Part shown: positions 26,426 through 42,087 of the stretch, one piece after another
Numbering within the stretch: position 1 is the first letter of the stretch
How the letters are laid out: the number at the start of each line of letters is the position of its first letter
Assembly: GCF_009914755.1 (NCBI RefSeq)
Contig: NC_060936.1
DNA length: 64,000 nt
Source of the DNA: the human T2T-CHM13v2.0 reference genome, Homo sapiens
Direction: 5' to 3' (one strand)
Position numbers and translations under genes: made by a program
Notes under the pieces: model-generated
What the model was told of the DNA's origin: nothing
Databases searched by the model: none
Seen by the model: the letters and a program-made list of their open reading frames with translations, nothing else

Positions 26426-28589
26426 TCAACTCAAGGATCCATATCTTCATGAATTGAAAACTCTAAGAATGATGTCCTTTATGAAATATGATTTGTGAGG
26501 CTGAGGCAGAGGGAGGAAAATGCCTTATCATGAGTTGAGGCAAGTATTTAATAAACCTTGAGTTTAAATAAAAATGTTGAATCCTTTACAATCCCCTCTA
26601 AAATATTTGCACTATTGTTATTTAAGTATTGCCAGTCGTACCAAGTCGCCATTCTTCAACAGTACCATTTGCTTCAAAAGAGGCAAAATTCACAGTGCAG
26701 AAGGATGAAACTAATTTTTTTTTCTTAGAGAAAAAGAAACGGAATTTCTCTGAATGTCTTGAGTACATGGTATAAGAGAATGCACTCTGGATGGGAAAAG
26801 AATTTTCATTTTCAAGAGGAATTTGATTTTACCCATGGGCGAATAGGTGATTTTATCTGTGCCCTGAGACGTTCTCTTCCACCTCTGCTTTTGCAATATC
26901 TCTGCTTTGTTTTTGATGAGGTTAGTTTCCAATGGGTTACAGTTCTTGTACTGTCTACACAAAGCCTATTAAGCTACAGGATTTTTATGAAGATGGTCTT
27001 CAGAGCATCAGATGAGTGGCTACTTGATTAAGACAATTTGATTCAAGCATAAGGCAAGTTCAAAGAGGATCAAAACTATTAGTAACCTGGTAAATTAGTA
27101 ACCTGGTAAAGTCTGGTTCTAAGAGAGCTCCAAGTTCCAAGAAGCTTTCTTAAGTTAACAGCTGTGCTAAGAATAGACCTGGGTCATTGGTTTCCCCTGG
27201 TTAGTATACCTACAATGGACCTGATTGAAAGGCTAAGCCTCAGCGAGGTCACTTTGTCCCTTTGATTCTTGATAGCCTATGCCACAGTTTGACCTTCAAA
27301 ACACTCTAGAATCCCCCCCTTCTTTCTGTCTTCAGATGACAGCCTAAGCTCAACCTCTGTTCTGCCCCTCCTCTTCTTGCACTTTGTCCTATGCTTCATT
27401 TCTTCCTAAAAGGAAATGTGATGAATAATATAGTATATAAATCTCTTAGATACAAACGACAGAAACTTACTCAATTTAGCACAGGAAAAAGAAAAGATAT
27501 TTAACTGGCTCATAAAAGTGATGCCTAATCTATCATCAGACATAGTTGCATCCAGGGACTCTGATAATACCAATTACATTTGTTTTCTCTACGTTTTGAC
27601 TCTGGTTTTCTCAGTGTTATCTCCATTCTCCCAATTTCTGCCCTCATGTTGGCAAGAGAGCTGCCAGAACTCCATGCTTACAGCCCATCTTCTCAGCAAC
27701 TTTAGTAGAAAGGGAGTTTTTTTTTTTCTTAAAGCTGGTTTGTCAAAAATTATGAAATTGGGTTTACAGATCTGATTGGTTCCATGTCCACACCTAAAGC
27801 CAGGCGTGGCCCATCCCCAAAGCCAGGAGCAGAGTCAGCTCCCCACAAACTGCATGGGGTAAGAGTGGAGACAAGAAATTAGGCAGCTGTCATCAGAAAA
27901 AGGGGGAATGAACATTGAATGGATAAAACAAAAATGATATGCACTACAAAGATAGGGTCCTCCTTACCCCAGAAGTCAAGTCTTGTGAGGGAGATATATA
28001 CACAAATAGGTAATTACCAATCTTGTGCCATCCTGCAGGTCTTCATATTTCCCAAAGAAGTATATCTGTACAATAAGTATTGCCAAGAGTTTATTTTACT
28101 TCACTGCTATTTTTATGAATTGCTGCTGTTTTGAGGGAGAAATACTAAAACTGATTTCTTTGTATCCAATTCCATAAGAAATTCTTTTAATTTTGAAAAA
28201 AAAAATCTCATGCCTGACAACTATTTTATTTTTGTGACTTTAGGTCTTTGTTTTTATGCATACATATATTTTTTATAGTTGAAATCTTGGTGGTAAACAA
28301 CATTTTGCGTTCGATTTTTTAAAAGTTATATAATTATAAAAATCTTTCCTTATTGTTATAAAAACAATCTAATTATCTGATCCAGTGGTGGCATAATATT
28401 CTCTTGAGCAAATCTCCTATGGTTTCCTTAACCATCTCCAAATATATGTGGTTTCCAAATATTTACTATTATACAATCCACTGCAGTAAACATCTGTGTA
28501 TATGCAGGGTTTTTTTCTAAAAAATTACTTCCTTAGATTACATTTCCTAGAGTAGGATTATTGGGACAAAGAGGTAAAATACACAAAAA

Positions 28590-28855
28590 GAGTTACAAAC
28601 ACGGGATTTGAAATCAGATATCCCTGAGTTCGAATCCCAGCTCAGTAACCTATGTGACCTGAGACATGTCACCGATCCTGCTTTTCTGAATTTCCATATC
28701 CTATCTGTAAAATGGGCATGAAGATATCTATTTCTTAAGATTGTTGACAGACGCATGAAGATATCTATTTCTTAAGATTGTTGACAGACTCATATGGAAT
28801 CATTCATATAAAGTATTTAGCATAGTATATGACACACAGTAAGCACCTCCAATTA
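28590..28855 (+). mobile_element. MIR containing a perfect 37-bp tandem duplication
   Basis: ctgagttcgaatcccagctc...tgtgacctgag...atctgtaaaatggg; duplication at 28716-28789. Confidence 0.8.
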
Positions 28856-30279
28856 TAATTATAGTTAATATTGGGGCTGTTGTCCTATGACTCTTGATGA
28901 CATATTGTGATACTGCTTTCTTAGAAAATTTTACTAATCTACACAGAAATCTACCCAGTATTATCACATTTGTAATGAATGTTTCATTATATTTGTCAAT
29001 CTTACAATTTACCAATTTCAAATGGTACTACAAGGCATTTTAACTGGAAGTTTTCTGATTACTAAATAAATTAAACTTTCCCCATGTATTTCAAAACCAG
29101 TTGTTCTGAACTAAAAGGACACTATCCTTTCAAACCTCAAGAAGAGGGTCACTTAGGATTGGTTGTTCCCAAGATTTTCCTAATCAAAAAATACCCAAAG
29201 GATAGGATGTATCTCATCCACAACAGTGACACTTTATGGCAGAGTTTTTTTCACCTGAGGACCATATCCCTTGGATGTCATACTAGAATTGGAAAATACA
29301 TGGTTTGAATAAGTCTCTCATTTGACTTACCTCATTCAGTTAAGAATCAGTCATCTAAATAAACATACACATTCAACTGTATCAATGGTTTAACATAGAA
29401 ATATCCACACCTTTTCATCATCCTGGTTTTTCTATCTATGAATGTGAGATTGGACTGTCCATAAGATTGGAGGATTTGAGAAACAGGCAATACAGAGTGG
29501 GTGTGTGTGGAGGTCCCCCTCAAATGCGACCTCAGTCATACACTTGCTCTACTTCTTATCAATATAGAGACTCAATTCTACCCTTACCCCTGTAGCTGCA
29601 GCAAAAGCCAGCAAGTACTGGGGTGATAGGAGAGTGATGTGGTGCAGTGAGAGACAGAAGGCTCATTAACACTTGCTGACCCAATGATTGGTTTCCCCAC
29701 CCCTCCCCTGACCCAGTGATAGAAAGGAAATACAACCATGAAGGACCATGGATGGCCCCAACATCAAAAGGCCTCTCTTCACACAGGGTCAGTGTTTTGG
29801 GCCCAGGCAGGACAGAGGGCATCATTCAGTAAATAAAAACAAGAAAAACAAAAACAAAAAAACAGTGAAACAAGGGAGAAGTGGGAAGAGAGGCTCCATG
29901 GGAAAGGAGAGGCAGAGAGCTAATTTATAAAGAAAAAAACGTAGTGTTGCTATCTTCTTTGCCATTTTCAGCTCAGAAAGAGAAATCAATACTGGATTTC
30001 TAAGCCCATAAATTGGCCTTATAATATGGACTTCCCAATACCACTCCCAATACTCACTGAGGGTGGGTAATATGTAGCAGTTTCTGTAGTTCATGCACAC
30101 CGAAGATCAAACTGAGCAGCCCTTGATATGAAAGTGATGGAGTTATTGCTTTAAACCATGATTCCTGTCTGATAACATAGCAGGAAAGAAGCCTCCTAAA
30201 CGACTGAGAAGAAATTTACATCCAGTCAAACAGGTTACAGACTGAAGCAGAATAAACTTCACCTGGGAAAGTCAGATAG

Positions 30280-31295
30280 GCTTCTGGCTGAAGATGGCAT
30301 TAGCTTCTGCACTCTCCCAAGACTTAACTAAAGCAACAATAAAGAAAAAATTTCAAAGCGGATACCCACAAGTATAAAGAGAAAGAGAAAACAATAATAA
30401 CAAAATTTTGGAAGCGAGAAAGCTGTTGGACAAATGGAAAGGCATTTGGCAGACTTGAGAGCTAAAACTTAAGCCAACAACTAGGAATGCTGACGAGCAT
30501 CTTGAATTACGCTGGGGACCCACAAAAGGCTTAAATATTGGTGGCACAACATCTTTGGTAGCAGGGATGAGGATGAGACTGAAAACAGAGCTGTTGGAAA
30601 TCTGTTTAAGAAGTAATTAATCCCTCAACAGATCTTTCTATTCCACTCCATGCAGTTAATTAATTGCTCTTTTTCCACCCCAGCAGAAGACAGGAGGCTC
30701 AATCTCCAGAGAATAAAACAGAGGGTCTCCAGACTGGAGGACACCAGGCTCAGTCAAGTGCAATGATGTTATGTTGAAGACATAGGGAGTAAGAGAGAAG
30801 TGACATTCTTTATGTTGAGATTACCCAGATTTCTTCTCCCATTGAGCTTCCAGAACCCTGAAATGTAAGCAAGAGACTGGAAAAGTCTTCTCCAGTTCAT
30901 GTGATTAGCTTTTGAGAAAAATCCTCAACAAAATGGCCCAGCCGGCTACTAGTCCACACACTCCAAACCACTCCCACATGCACAGAGCTTCCAATCAGCA
31001 GGATAAAGTTCAAATTTAATATAAGCAGACAATAAGGATCACTAGACCTTTGAAGAAATCCTCTAATGCAAAAAACAGAGGCCCAAGCAAACAAGGAGAA
31101 TAAAACAATGCAGGGGAAACAAACTATACAGTAGAAAAAAAAGTCAAAAAGTGCCCTGGAAAGCCTAAGAAAGATAAAACAGTTGTAACACAAGAATAGA
31201 AATCTATTAAAAAAAAAAAAAGAATGTTCGGAGAACAAAACAGGGATCTTGTATATTAAAACATAGAATAGCAGACATAAAAACTGAATTGAAGG
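30280..31295 (+). mobile_element. Old L1-related 5' region (HAL1/L1M-like)
   Basis: cttctggctgaagatggc start; agacaataaggatcactagacctttgaagaaa; A-rich ORF1-like decay. Confidence 0.45.
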
Positions 31296-31307
31296 AATTC
31301 AATTACA

Positions 31308-31621
<314 letters not shown>

Positions 31622-31806
31622 TCAATTACACTTTTTAAAGGTCAACATTAAGAACATATTTACTATTTGTCATGTCTATTAGGGTAGGGAATACCTTAAA
31701 TGATTATCTAGTCATTTTGAGACATGCATTAGCAAGTAGGAGTTCATGTGGAAATGCTCTAGATGTGTACGATTACCATTAATATGTGGAGCTTTAAGAA
31801 AACTTA

Positions 31807-32166
<360 letters not shown>

Positions 32167-32299
32167 TCATCGAATTTTAGCATTTGAAAGCATGGTTTCA
32201 TATCACCAAATCTGTACCAAATACTTGGTACTTTACAATCACCACCACTTCATGTCAATTTATTGGAAGACCTACTTGGTAGATTCGATTACTTTTTGG

Positions 32300-32632
32300 A
32301 TTTCCTCTCCATTCCACTGATGTTAGGCACAAACAAGTGATTTGTTTTGGTCAATGGAATGTGGGCTGAAGTAACAGGGCACCAGTTCCTAGCTTAGGCT
32401 TTAAAAACCATCACTTGTTCCACTCACTTCTCTGGGAGCTTTTGGCTTCTGCCATGGGAAAAACATGCCTCAATTCACTGTTGTTCCTCCTGCTTGGACA
32501 CTAGAACCAGGCATGATAAGCAGAACTGAATTCCATTTGCATCCTAGCCAACCCATTGACATATGAGAAAAAACTACATGCTTACTGTATGTATTGCAGT
32601 TGGTTATCACACAGCAAAAGTAACTAATAAAC
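32300..32632 (+). mobile_element. MLT1 (MaLR) LTR
   Basis: gtgatttgttttggtcaatggaatgtgggctgaagtaac...tgcttactgt...cagcaaaagtaactaata. Confidence 0.6.
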
Positions 32633-32859
32633 TTACAGATTTTTCAAGCGTGCTTCCAAATTCTATTTGAAGAAAGGCCTCCCAAATTTCACACTACTTA
32701 GAAGCTATATACAGAAAAATATTTAGGCTTTATTTTCCCTTCTATGTGACATTCATATTACTCCTCATTTTTATTTAGTTTTGTTTTTATTTTATAGGTA
32801 CCATTTTCTGAATTGAGCACATGTTCATACCCATTTTTAGAATCCCATTACTTACCCCT

Positions 32860-33720
32860 AGAGCATCAGCAATCTTCCAAACGTGGCAGAACTAAGTCAC
32901 TTAAACCAATCTTTCCACTGATGCAAATTAAAAGAGTGGAAGTATCATCTTAAAAAGCATCAAGAAGCTAACAAAATAGGGTAGTATTATTGGGCCAAAA
33001 TCAAGTTGAAGACAAGACCCTAGAGAGGTAAGGCTAGCATTCAAAGCTGCTTTGCCCTGAGGGCATTTGTTGATCCATTAGAAACAAGTTTTGAAACTAA
33101 ACTATGCTTTGAGTGGGCTTCAAAGTTTGACAGGATGAAAGTAAAATCCTGGAGCCTACCAAAGGCAAAGACTCTGATAAACTCTCTCTTACTTTTAGAT
33201 CAGAGTAAGGATGATGTGGGAGTAACCCAGCCTTCACATGGATATACAGCTAGCATCATCTGGGTAGTTCATGAAACTTCAAGCCTTGAAGGTGTATTAT
33301 GGTGGTCCCATATTGTTCTTGTTCCCAGGCTCATGGTTGAAACAAAATAACGTACTGTAGAGGAAAATTGATTTGTAGGCATCAAAGAGAGAATTCAAAC
33401 TAAAGTCTGTATATCTAATATATTTTTCTAAATATGATGCCCAGCACACAGCCAAAAATAACCAGGCACACAAGAAAACAGGGCACTGCAAATGACCACT
33501 AAAAGAAATAACAGATAACAGACCCACAAATACCAAAGACATAGAAAGTATCAAATGAGGACCATAAAATAATTATGCTTATTTTTTACAAGGAAATAAA
33601 AACCAAGTCAAAATATATCATTGGAGAACTAGAAACTATGAAAAGTGGCAGAGCATATTTGAAAAAAAAATTCTACACATTCAGAAATATAAAAAATCAA
33701 GATATTAGACAAATAAAAGG
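32860..33720 (+). mobile_element. Old L1M 5'/ORF1 fragment
   Basis: Degenerate A-rich L1M-like motifs (aaataaccaggcacacaagaaaacaggg; gagaactagaaactatgaaaag). Confidence 0.4.
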
Positions 33721-34291
33721 AACTATCTATATCAGATGCAGCAGGGCAGACTATGATATTACCCTTCTTCCAGGTTGACAAATTTCTGCAGCAATAATTC
33801 TGGCTGTTAGAAGAGAATTCATATAATTATTTTAATTTTTCTAGCTATTTCTAATAGTTGGTGTACAAGTAAGGCCGCATGAGGGAAAAGCTGTCTATGT
33901 GCCAACATGGAATGCACTCTGTTAAGTAGCAATATCTTATCTGACTTTAGTTTGAATCTCTCTCTTTGTCTCTCAAAGAATGAATTATTTCTGTTGACTG
34001 GAGTAGAAAGCCAAGTCAAAAAAATACAACAGACATTGATCTGTTCTGTGATTTAAGGCAGTGGCTGGCAAATGTTGAGCAGCCAAATACAATCATTTTA
34101 AGGAGCAGTTCCATTATAGGATGCTGGACCACAGTCCCCAATAGCTATTTGTGCCTATAAGGCAATTTGTTTCAGAATGTAGGAGGAATGGATCCAGAAG
34201 AAAATTTAGAAGATAACAAAAAGCATATAAGGAAAGTCCAACAATATGTCTCTCTCTTTCTTACTCTTTAAAATAATAATAATAATAATCC

Positions 34292-34595
34292 AGGCTGGGT
34301 GCAGTGGCTAACACCTGTAATCCCCACACTTTGGGAAGCTTGGGTGAGAGGATGGCCTGAGGCCAGGAGTTTGAGACCAGCATGAGCAATATAGCAAGAC
34401 CCCATCTCTACAATAAAAAAATTAGCCTGCCACATGGTGGTGCACACCTGTAATCCTAGCTACTCAGGAAGCTGAGGTGGGAAGATCACTTGAGTCCAGG
34501 AGTTCCAGGTTGTAGTGAGCTATGATCACACCACTGCACTCCAGCCAGGGCAATGCATCAAGACCCTGTCTCAAACAAACAAACAAACAAACAAA
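34292..34595 (+). mobile_element. AluJo
   Basis: gaggccaggagtttgag, tgagctatgatcacacc; (AAAC)n tail. Confidence 0.9.
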
Positions 34596-37262
34596 CCCTT
34601 TACTTTTAAATGTTTTTACCAAAGGAAGAATAACCTGTCATTAGTGGACCCTACAAATTAACTCTGGCATATTGGTTTTCTCAGCCTTTGAGGAAAATAA
34701 CTTCCCTATGATACAAAGCCCTGAATCAGCATCTAGGATGTAAATACTTATGGACTTTTTAAAAAGTGAGCTGTGTTTAGAATATAGTAGGCATTCAATA
34801 AATATTTAGTAATATTAATAATATTTCTATGTTCATTACTAACATGCCTTAATCTTTAAGATAGATACAGTTGTCAAACTAAGGCTCAGAGAGGTTAAGC
34901 AACTTGCTGAAAATCACACAGGACGTATGGGAGCAACAACTCAAAACCAGCTTGAATACAAGATAGCACTAGACAATAATATTCCTTGTTGAATGAACTG
35001 AGGAAACTCCCAGGCTTTCCAATACTTTTAACTCCCCTGTGAGGTGGGGAGAATCAGACTTAGCTTGTTTTTGTCATTTAGCAGCCATTAGGCATATTTT
35101 TCTCCCTGTGCTTTCTCCTTTTAAAAGTCTTAAACATTCCTGGGGACACTACAGCAATATATTGGTCTCATGATTAACTGTTTGCTGGAACAATGGCGTG
35201 GGCCCTTTTTGTGTATTTCAGGCAATTCCTCAATAGTGTTCATATTTAGTTTTTATGGTTTGCCATTTGAAAGATCTATTTGGAAGTCTGAAAATAAAAC
35301 TGCTTTTCCCACAGACTAGTTTCTGTTTCCATTTGGCAAACTTTAACACTTCTTTCTCCTCATTTTTGGAATTCAACTGAGGTCAATATGGCTTTGTTTT
35401 TGGCCTCCTTTTTACTATTTTCATCCTTGTGCGCCAGGAAGGCCAATGAGCTCATGAAAACATGGCTGCCCCAGGAAAGGATGATACAGACTCCTAAAGC
35501 TGAGGACATTTGAATCTGTGTCCCAATGCCATATACAAGGGCACTTTCCCCCATAGGTCAGCACTCCTACTGACACTAGAGACTCCATCGCTGCTAACAA
35601 CAGGACTTGGGTGAAATCTGTTGACCAGGATTTCACCAGCCTGTCCTTACCTGCCACTCAACTTCTTGAAGGAGTTTCCCAAACCAACTTGCAACTCAAA
35701 TAATTGAAATTCCCACAGACACCCAACACCTGCTCACCCTCTCTGGACATTCCGAGGACTTCTACTTCCCTTTGATATCCAGTTACCTCAAAGAATGAGT
35801 ATTTATTTCACCATCTGCAAGATATAACTCTGTGTCAAGTGTCAAAGCTAGCAATGAAATAAACTCTGAATAAATAATGGGAGTCAATATTTGTGATTAC
35901 AAAGAGATCAGTAAGTCTGTCAGTCGCTGCATACAAAAAGAAAGAGTGCCCTTGAGAAGGGCAAAGAGGCATCCTTGAGGGAGCCCTTGCACCTTCAAAG
36001 GGAGCAAAATTACAAGCAAAACACATTCATCCCAGGAAGCTCATCTTGTTCTGCCCACAAGTTGTGTGTGCCTTTAGTTTTGAGTCTTGAGTGTTCCCAG
36101 TTTCTCCTCTTATGTGTACCTCTGGAACTTTGCTATCTCTCATTAATATTCTTCTGATTATTGGTCCCCAATTTTGCTTCATGTCTCTCCTTAATGTTCT
36201 TCTGATTATTGGTCCTCAGTTTTGCTTCAGTCTCAAATAGTTTTGTCATGCAACTTGAGTCTCTGATCTTCCAATCTGTCCTTTAGTTTTTGTTTGTACT
36301 CCACCACATCTTCTTTGACCACTTACCCAGTGAGAAAATATCCACACAGAGACAGTGGAAGGTTTTGTTCAGACTTTCCACTCAAGGCAATGGTTTTTTT
36401 TGGTTAAAGGATTGCTTATCTTCCAAATACTATATCTATCACTAAATTCTAAGAGTTATTCCCTACTCTAAAACCTTTAGGTTTGAGTGTGGGCTGGAAT
36501 CTGAGATAGAGTGGCATTCCTATACTAAACTATATCCATATATCTTCTCATCTTGATCTTGCTGTACGTGTTTGTGTACATAATTCCACATAGATGCATA
36601 TAGCAAAATAGAAACATTTATTTCAGTTGTTCTTTAAAAACACACAAAGTATCGCACTGCATTTCTCTTTCTTCCTATGAGTGCGTTTCTTTCACAGGGG
36701 TATTTAGATAACCAAAAATATTCTCCTGAGTTTTCCTGAGCATTGGTATGACACATAACCACTAAACCTCATATTAAGAAAAAGCTGGCTTAAATAAGAA
36801 ATTGAAAAATCTGCCTGCAAATAATACTGTAAAAGTTTACAGTCCATCCTAACCATCAAGGATATTTTCCATAACTTTAGGGTTTGATAGTAAAATATAT
36901 ACACACACATATGTATGTTTCTAATAACACAGCACTAAAGTAAAATAAACCTGCTTGTCCAAATACGGTTGCGTTTCAGTCAAAGTTTTGCTTAATGTTT
37001 TGAGAAGCGCTTTGGTGAAGATAAATATTCTCAGCCTTAGATTTTATGTCAGATGCTCAGGGTGCCATCTACTGGCCGACTCTGGATTGGGACAGTTTTG
37101 TTTTCGGTAGGAACCAAACTCCATGTTGCCACTGATCCACAGCTTCAATGGTGGCCCAATTTTAAGATAATGCCATCTGTGTTGATTTCCTTTTTCAGAG
37201 AAGGACATCCAGATTGTTGAGTTTTATTAGAATGAGAAGGCATTTTGTTTTTGAACAGCGAT

Positions 37263-37641
<379 letters not shown>

Positions 37642-38643
37642 TAACTGCAACCCGATGCCTTGCTCTGTCTGGGACTGTCTGAGTATCAGGTTGAGGATAG
37701 GGAGCACGACTGGCCAACTATGTCTTCATGGAAATACCATCCTGGGAGCATACAGCATTCCCAGTAAAGTGATGCCCATGAGAAACGAGGGAAGGGGTTG
37801 TGTGTTGGTGCCAACACAGCCATCTCTCTGAAAAAAGAGGCCTCCTTTCTGCCCTGCAGAAGCCAGGAGGTTACTGCAGGCTGCAGAAGATGTGCACCTT
37901 CCCAAGAGATTTTTTGGCAAGTTCTCTCTTGAGGTCCCTTCCTGGAGAGCAGGTCCAATGCCTTCCTCCTTCATGATCTGCCCAATGACTGCATGCTCAT
38001 TTTATGGTATTTTATCTTTCAGAAGCCAAGCTTGTGCCGCCCGGCCCCTTTAATGTTTTCTGTGTCTCAGGTGCAAAAGGGTTCTTGTGGACATTCCACA
38101 CAACAATAACGAATCCATTTATCATCCTGCCCAGCCCCCTGTGGAGCTGCTCTGAGTTCAGAGCTCCCACCGGCCTTGACGCTTTTGAAGGTGAGTCCAC
38201 CTCGGCCACAGCCAGAGGGTTTCAGAGCTGCCCCAGTTGTTGTTGAAGCTGGGGACTGAGCAATCATGGCCGTTTTACCCAAGGGGGTTGTCCACAAATC
38301 AGGAAGTGTCCTGTATGTCTCTGTGTGGAGACCACCTGATCATACTTCTAAAATCTCTTTTTTATTAAAAAAAATTTATGAAGAAACCATTTTCCAAGAA
38401 TTAAATTAAATTCCAAACCTGATGTGTATGTTGAGGCTAGAATCCAAGATTCAGAGGAGGATAGAGTCCCTCTTCAACCAAGTATCAAGCTAGCCCCTTT
38501 GAAATGCTGTGATTGCCTGAGGTGGCTAAAAAAAGCTTATGTAAAAAAAAAAAAATTGGTAGAAATTGGGAATCAAAGATAATGTCTTCACCCTTTACAT
38601 CAAACACAGGTTTATTTGTATGTCCTTAAAAATATTCACATGA

Positions 38644-38753
38644 GCCCAGCACAGTGGCATGCGCCTGTCTTCCCAGATACTTGGGAGGCCGAGGCTGGAG
38701 GATCACTTGAGCCCAGGATTTCGAGGGCAGATTGGGCAACATAGCAGGGCCCC
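38644..38753 (+). mobile_element. FLAM monomer with no poly-A tail
   Basis: Alu monomer motifs; TSD tattcacatga at 38633-38643 and 38754-38764. Confidence 0.8.
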
Positions 38754-39714
38754 TATTCACATGACTTATGCAACAATATCAGAAGCATACTGATCATTTT
38801 AACAATTAGTCTCTCTCCCTGAGAAATAAGAATAGAAACTTGGAAAAGACCGTGGTGTTTCCAAGAGCATACAGCATAAAGTCCTGGACCCCAAAGAGAA
38901 TTTTAAACAACACATTCTACAAGCATAAGTGATTTAAAAAATAAAGGTTGTTCACAAACATTGTTTTATCTTAAAGAGCCAGTCTCACTTCAGTTGGCAC
39001 AGAAAAGAGACATAGAAAAAAATGGATGTGTCCCGAAAGATTTGATGATGATGAAAACACTGCTACAAACCAACTAATACTTCACATGTCAGTATGGTAG
39101 ACGGAGGTTTCATTATCCAAAACAAGATGGCGGTTTTTCTGCCTAAGAAATCTGGACTAAGAAGACTTTCAGAAAATGATATGTCTTCAATAATTTAACC
39201 AAAAATGAAGGGATACAAAACAGATTTGTGAAGCTCAGAGAAAGAATACAAGATAAAATATTGACATCTTCTGTTGTGTCCATTCAGGATCCAAATCCAG
39301 CTCATATAATTTGCAACTATTTGACTGGATAAAGGAACATAATAGAGGTGCGAGTTTTAGCCTGGGGCTTTTAAAGATTATCTTTAAAGTTTTCCAAATA
39401 AAGCTAACAATTTGAAAGTACTGTTTTTACTACAAGAAGGAGCCCAGTGATTCTAGAAGAACACCAGAAACATGGCACATCCAGGAAACAAAAAATGCCT
39501 CTATTGAGTTAGAACAATGAGCTTATCTGCACAGCACAGAGAAACTAAGGTAATCTATTCAGTGCCTAAACTTCCTGCTATTCCAAGCATTCATTGGTCT
39601 TTTTCTAAAGAAAGGTACCACACGTTCTGAATTTCCTGTAACTGATTTCCTGTTATATTCCAAGGATCTGCTGGGATCTAAAGAGTACAGCAAAGGAAAA
39701 TTAAGGCATGTTGA

Positions 39715-39990
39715 GTTCAATGAAAGAAAGAAAGGCGTGATGAAGGGAAAGAGAGAAGAAAATATCCAGAGAAGAGAGAGAGGGGAAAAGAGAGAAATCA
39801 TCAGAGAGACGAGAGGAGGTGAGGGGATGAAGTCAAGAGAGAAAAAGTGGCAGAGAAAGGAAGTTGAAGGAAAGAGGAAGGAAAAAAGGAAGTGAGGAAA
39901 AGCCATAAGGGAAAAAAATCAACAGAGAAAAGATAGAGAAAGAGGGAAAGGGACGCAATTTCAAGAGGGAAAAAAATGAAAATGCCAAAG
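39715..39990 (+). repeat. GA-rich low-complexity tract
   Basis: Almost pure purine run. Confidence 0.85.
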
Positions 39991-40683
39991 GGCAGGTTGG
40001 GAGAGGAAGATTCCTGGAGAGGAATCGAAATAATAAAATCATTATCCAGTCATTGAGAAACTCAGCAGGTCAGAGCTGGAAGGAATATTATAAGACATCT
40101 TGTGCAACCCTTCTGAATACAGATTCATAAAAAGAGGCCCAGGGAGGTTAAAAAACAAAATGGAAGCCACATAGATGAATACTGTTTTTGAAAAAAAAAA
40201 TTCTTAGTAACAAAAGAAATAGGTGCCTTAAAGGCAGCTTTTTTGAAAATTGAATGTCTGACCAGTACCTCCACACCTTGTACTGATGTTGCATGTTAGT
40301 CTGAGAGCTGGGAATGGACGCAGGGTATCAGTAAGTGGTCCATATCCTGAAAGAATTCAGAAGCAATTGTTATTCAGCATTGTCTGTATCATTACTTGGC
40401 TCGAAATCAACTCCCAGTGCAACTGACAGCTCCATAATCCAAGAGAAGTACAAAAATAAAAGAGCAGTAATAACAAAAATCGAACCTGTCTGGTATTTAG
40501 AAGAGAGTAAGAGCTTGAACTCCAGGATTAGGCTGCCTCGCCGTGAAACCTCCCTGAATCACCATCTGGGTGACCTTGCAAAAGCATTTTCTTTACCTCA
40601 GTTTCCTAGTCCATAAATTGAGACTTTCTGGCCTCTCTACTATATAATAATAAGTTGGTGCAAAAGCAGTTGAGGTTTTAATA

Positions 40684-40761
40684 TTAGGTTGGTGCAAAAG
40701 CAATTGCAATTTTGCATTACTTTTAATGGCAAAAACCACAATTCCTTTTGCACCAACCTAG
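40684..40761. mobile_element. MADE1 (Hsmar1-derived MITE), with an extra solo terminal repeat at 40650-40679
   Basis: ttaggttggtgcaaaagcaattgc...aaaaaccacaattccttttgcaccaaccta palindrome with TA flanks, inside a MIR. Confidence 0.9.
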
Positions 40762-40814
40762 TAGTATTTGGCACCCAATATTGTTGTGAGAATTAAATAA
40801 TCTGTGTAGTGTGT

Positions 40815-41372
<558 letters not shown>

Positions 41373-41382
41373 TAGTATGTTA

Positions 41383-42087
<705 letters not shown>

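Noticed and set aside
27078-27109. 16-bp tandem duplication (attagtaacctggtaa x2); a similar ~19-bp one lies near 6972-7010
   Set aside because: Real but routine slippage events with no sign of function.
39559-40042. Phe/Ser/Leu-rich membrane-like ORFs
   Set aside because: Reverse translation of a GA-rich low-complexity tract.
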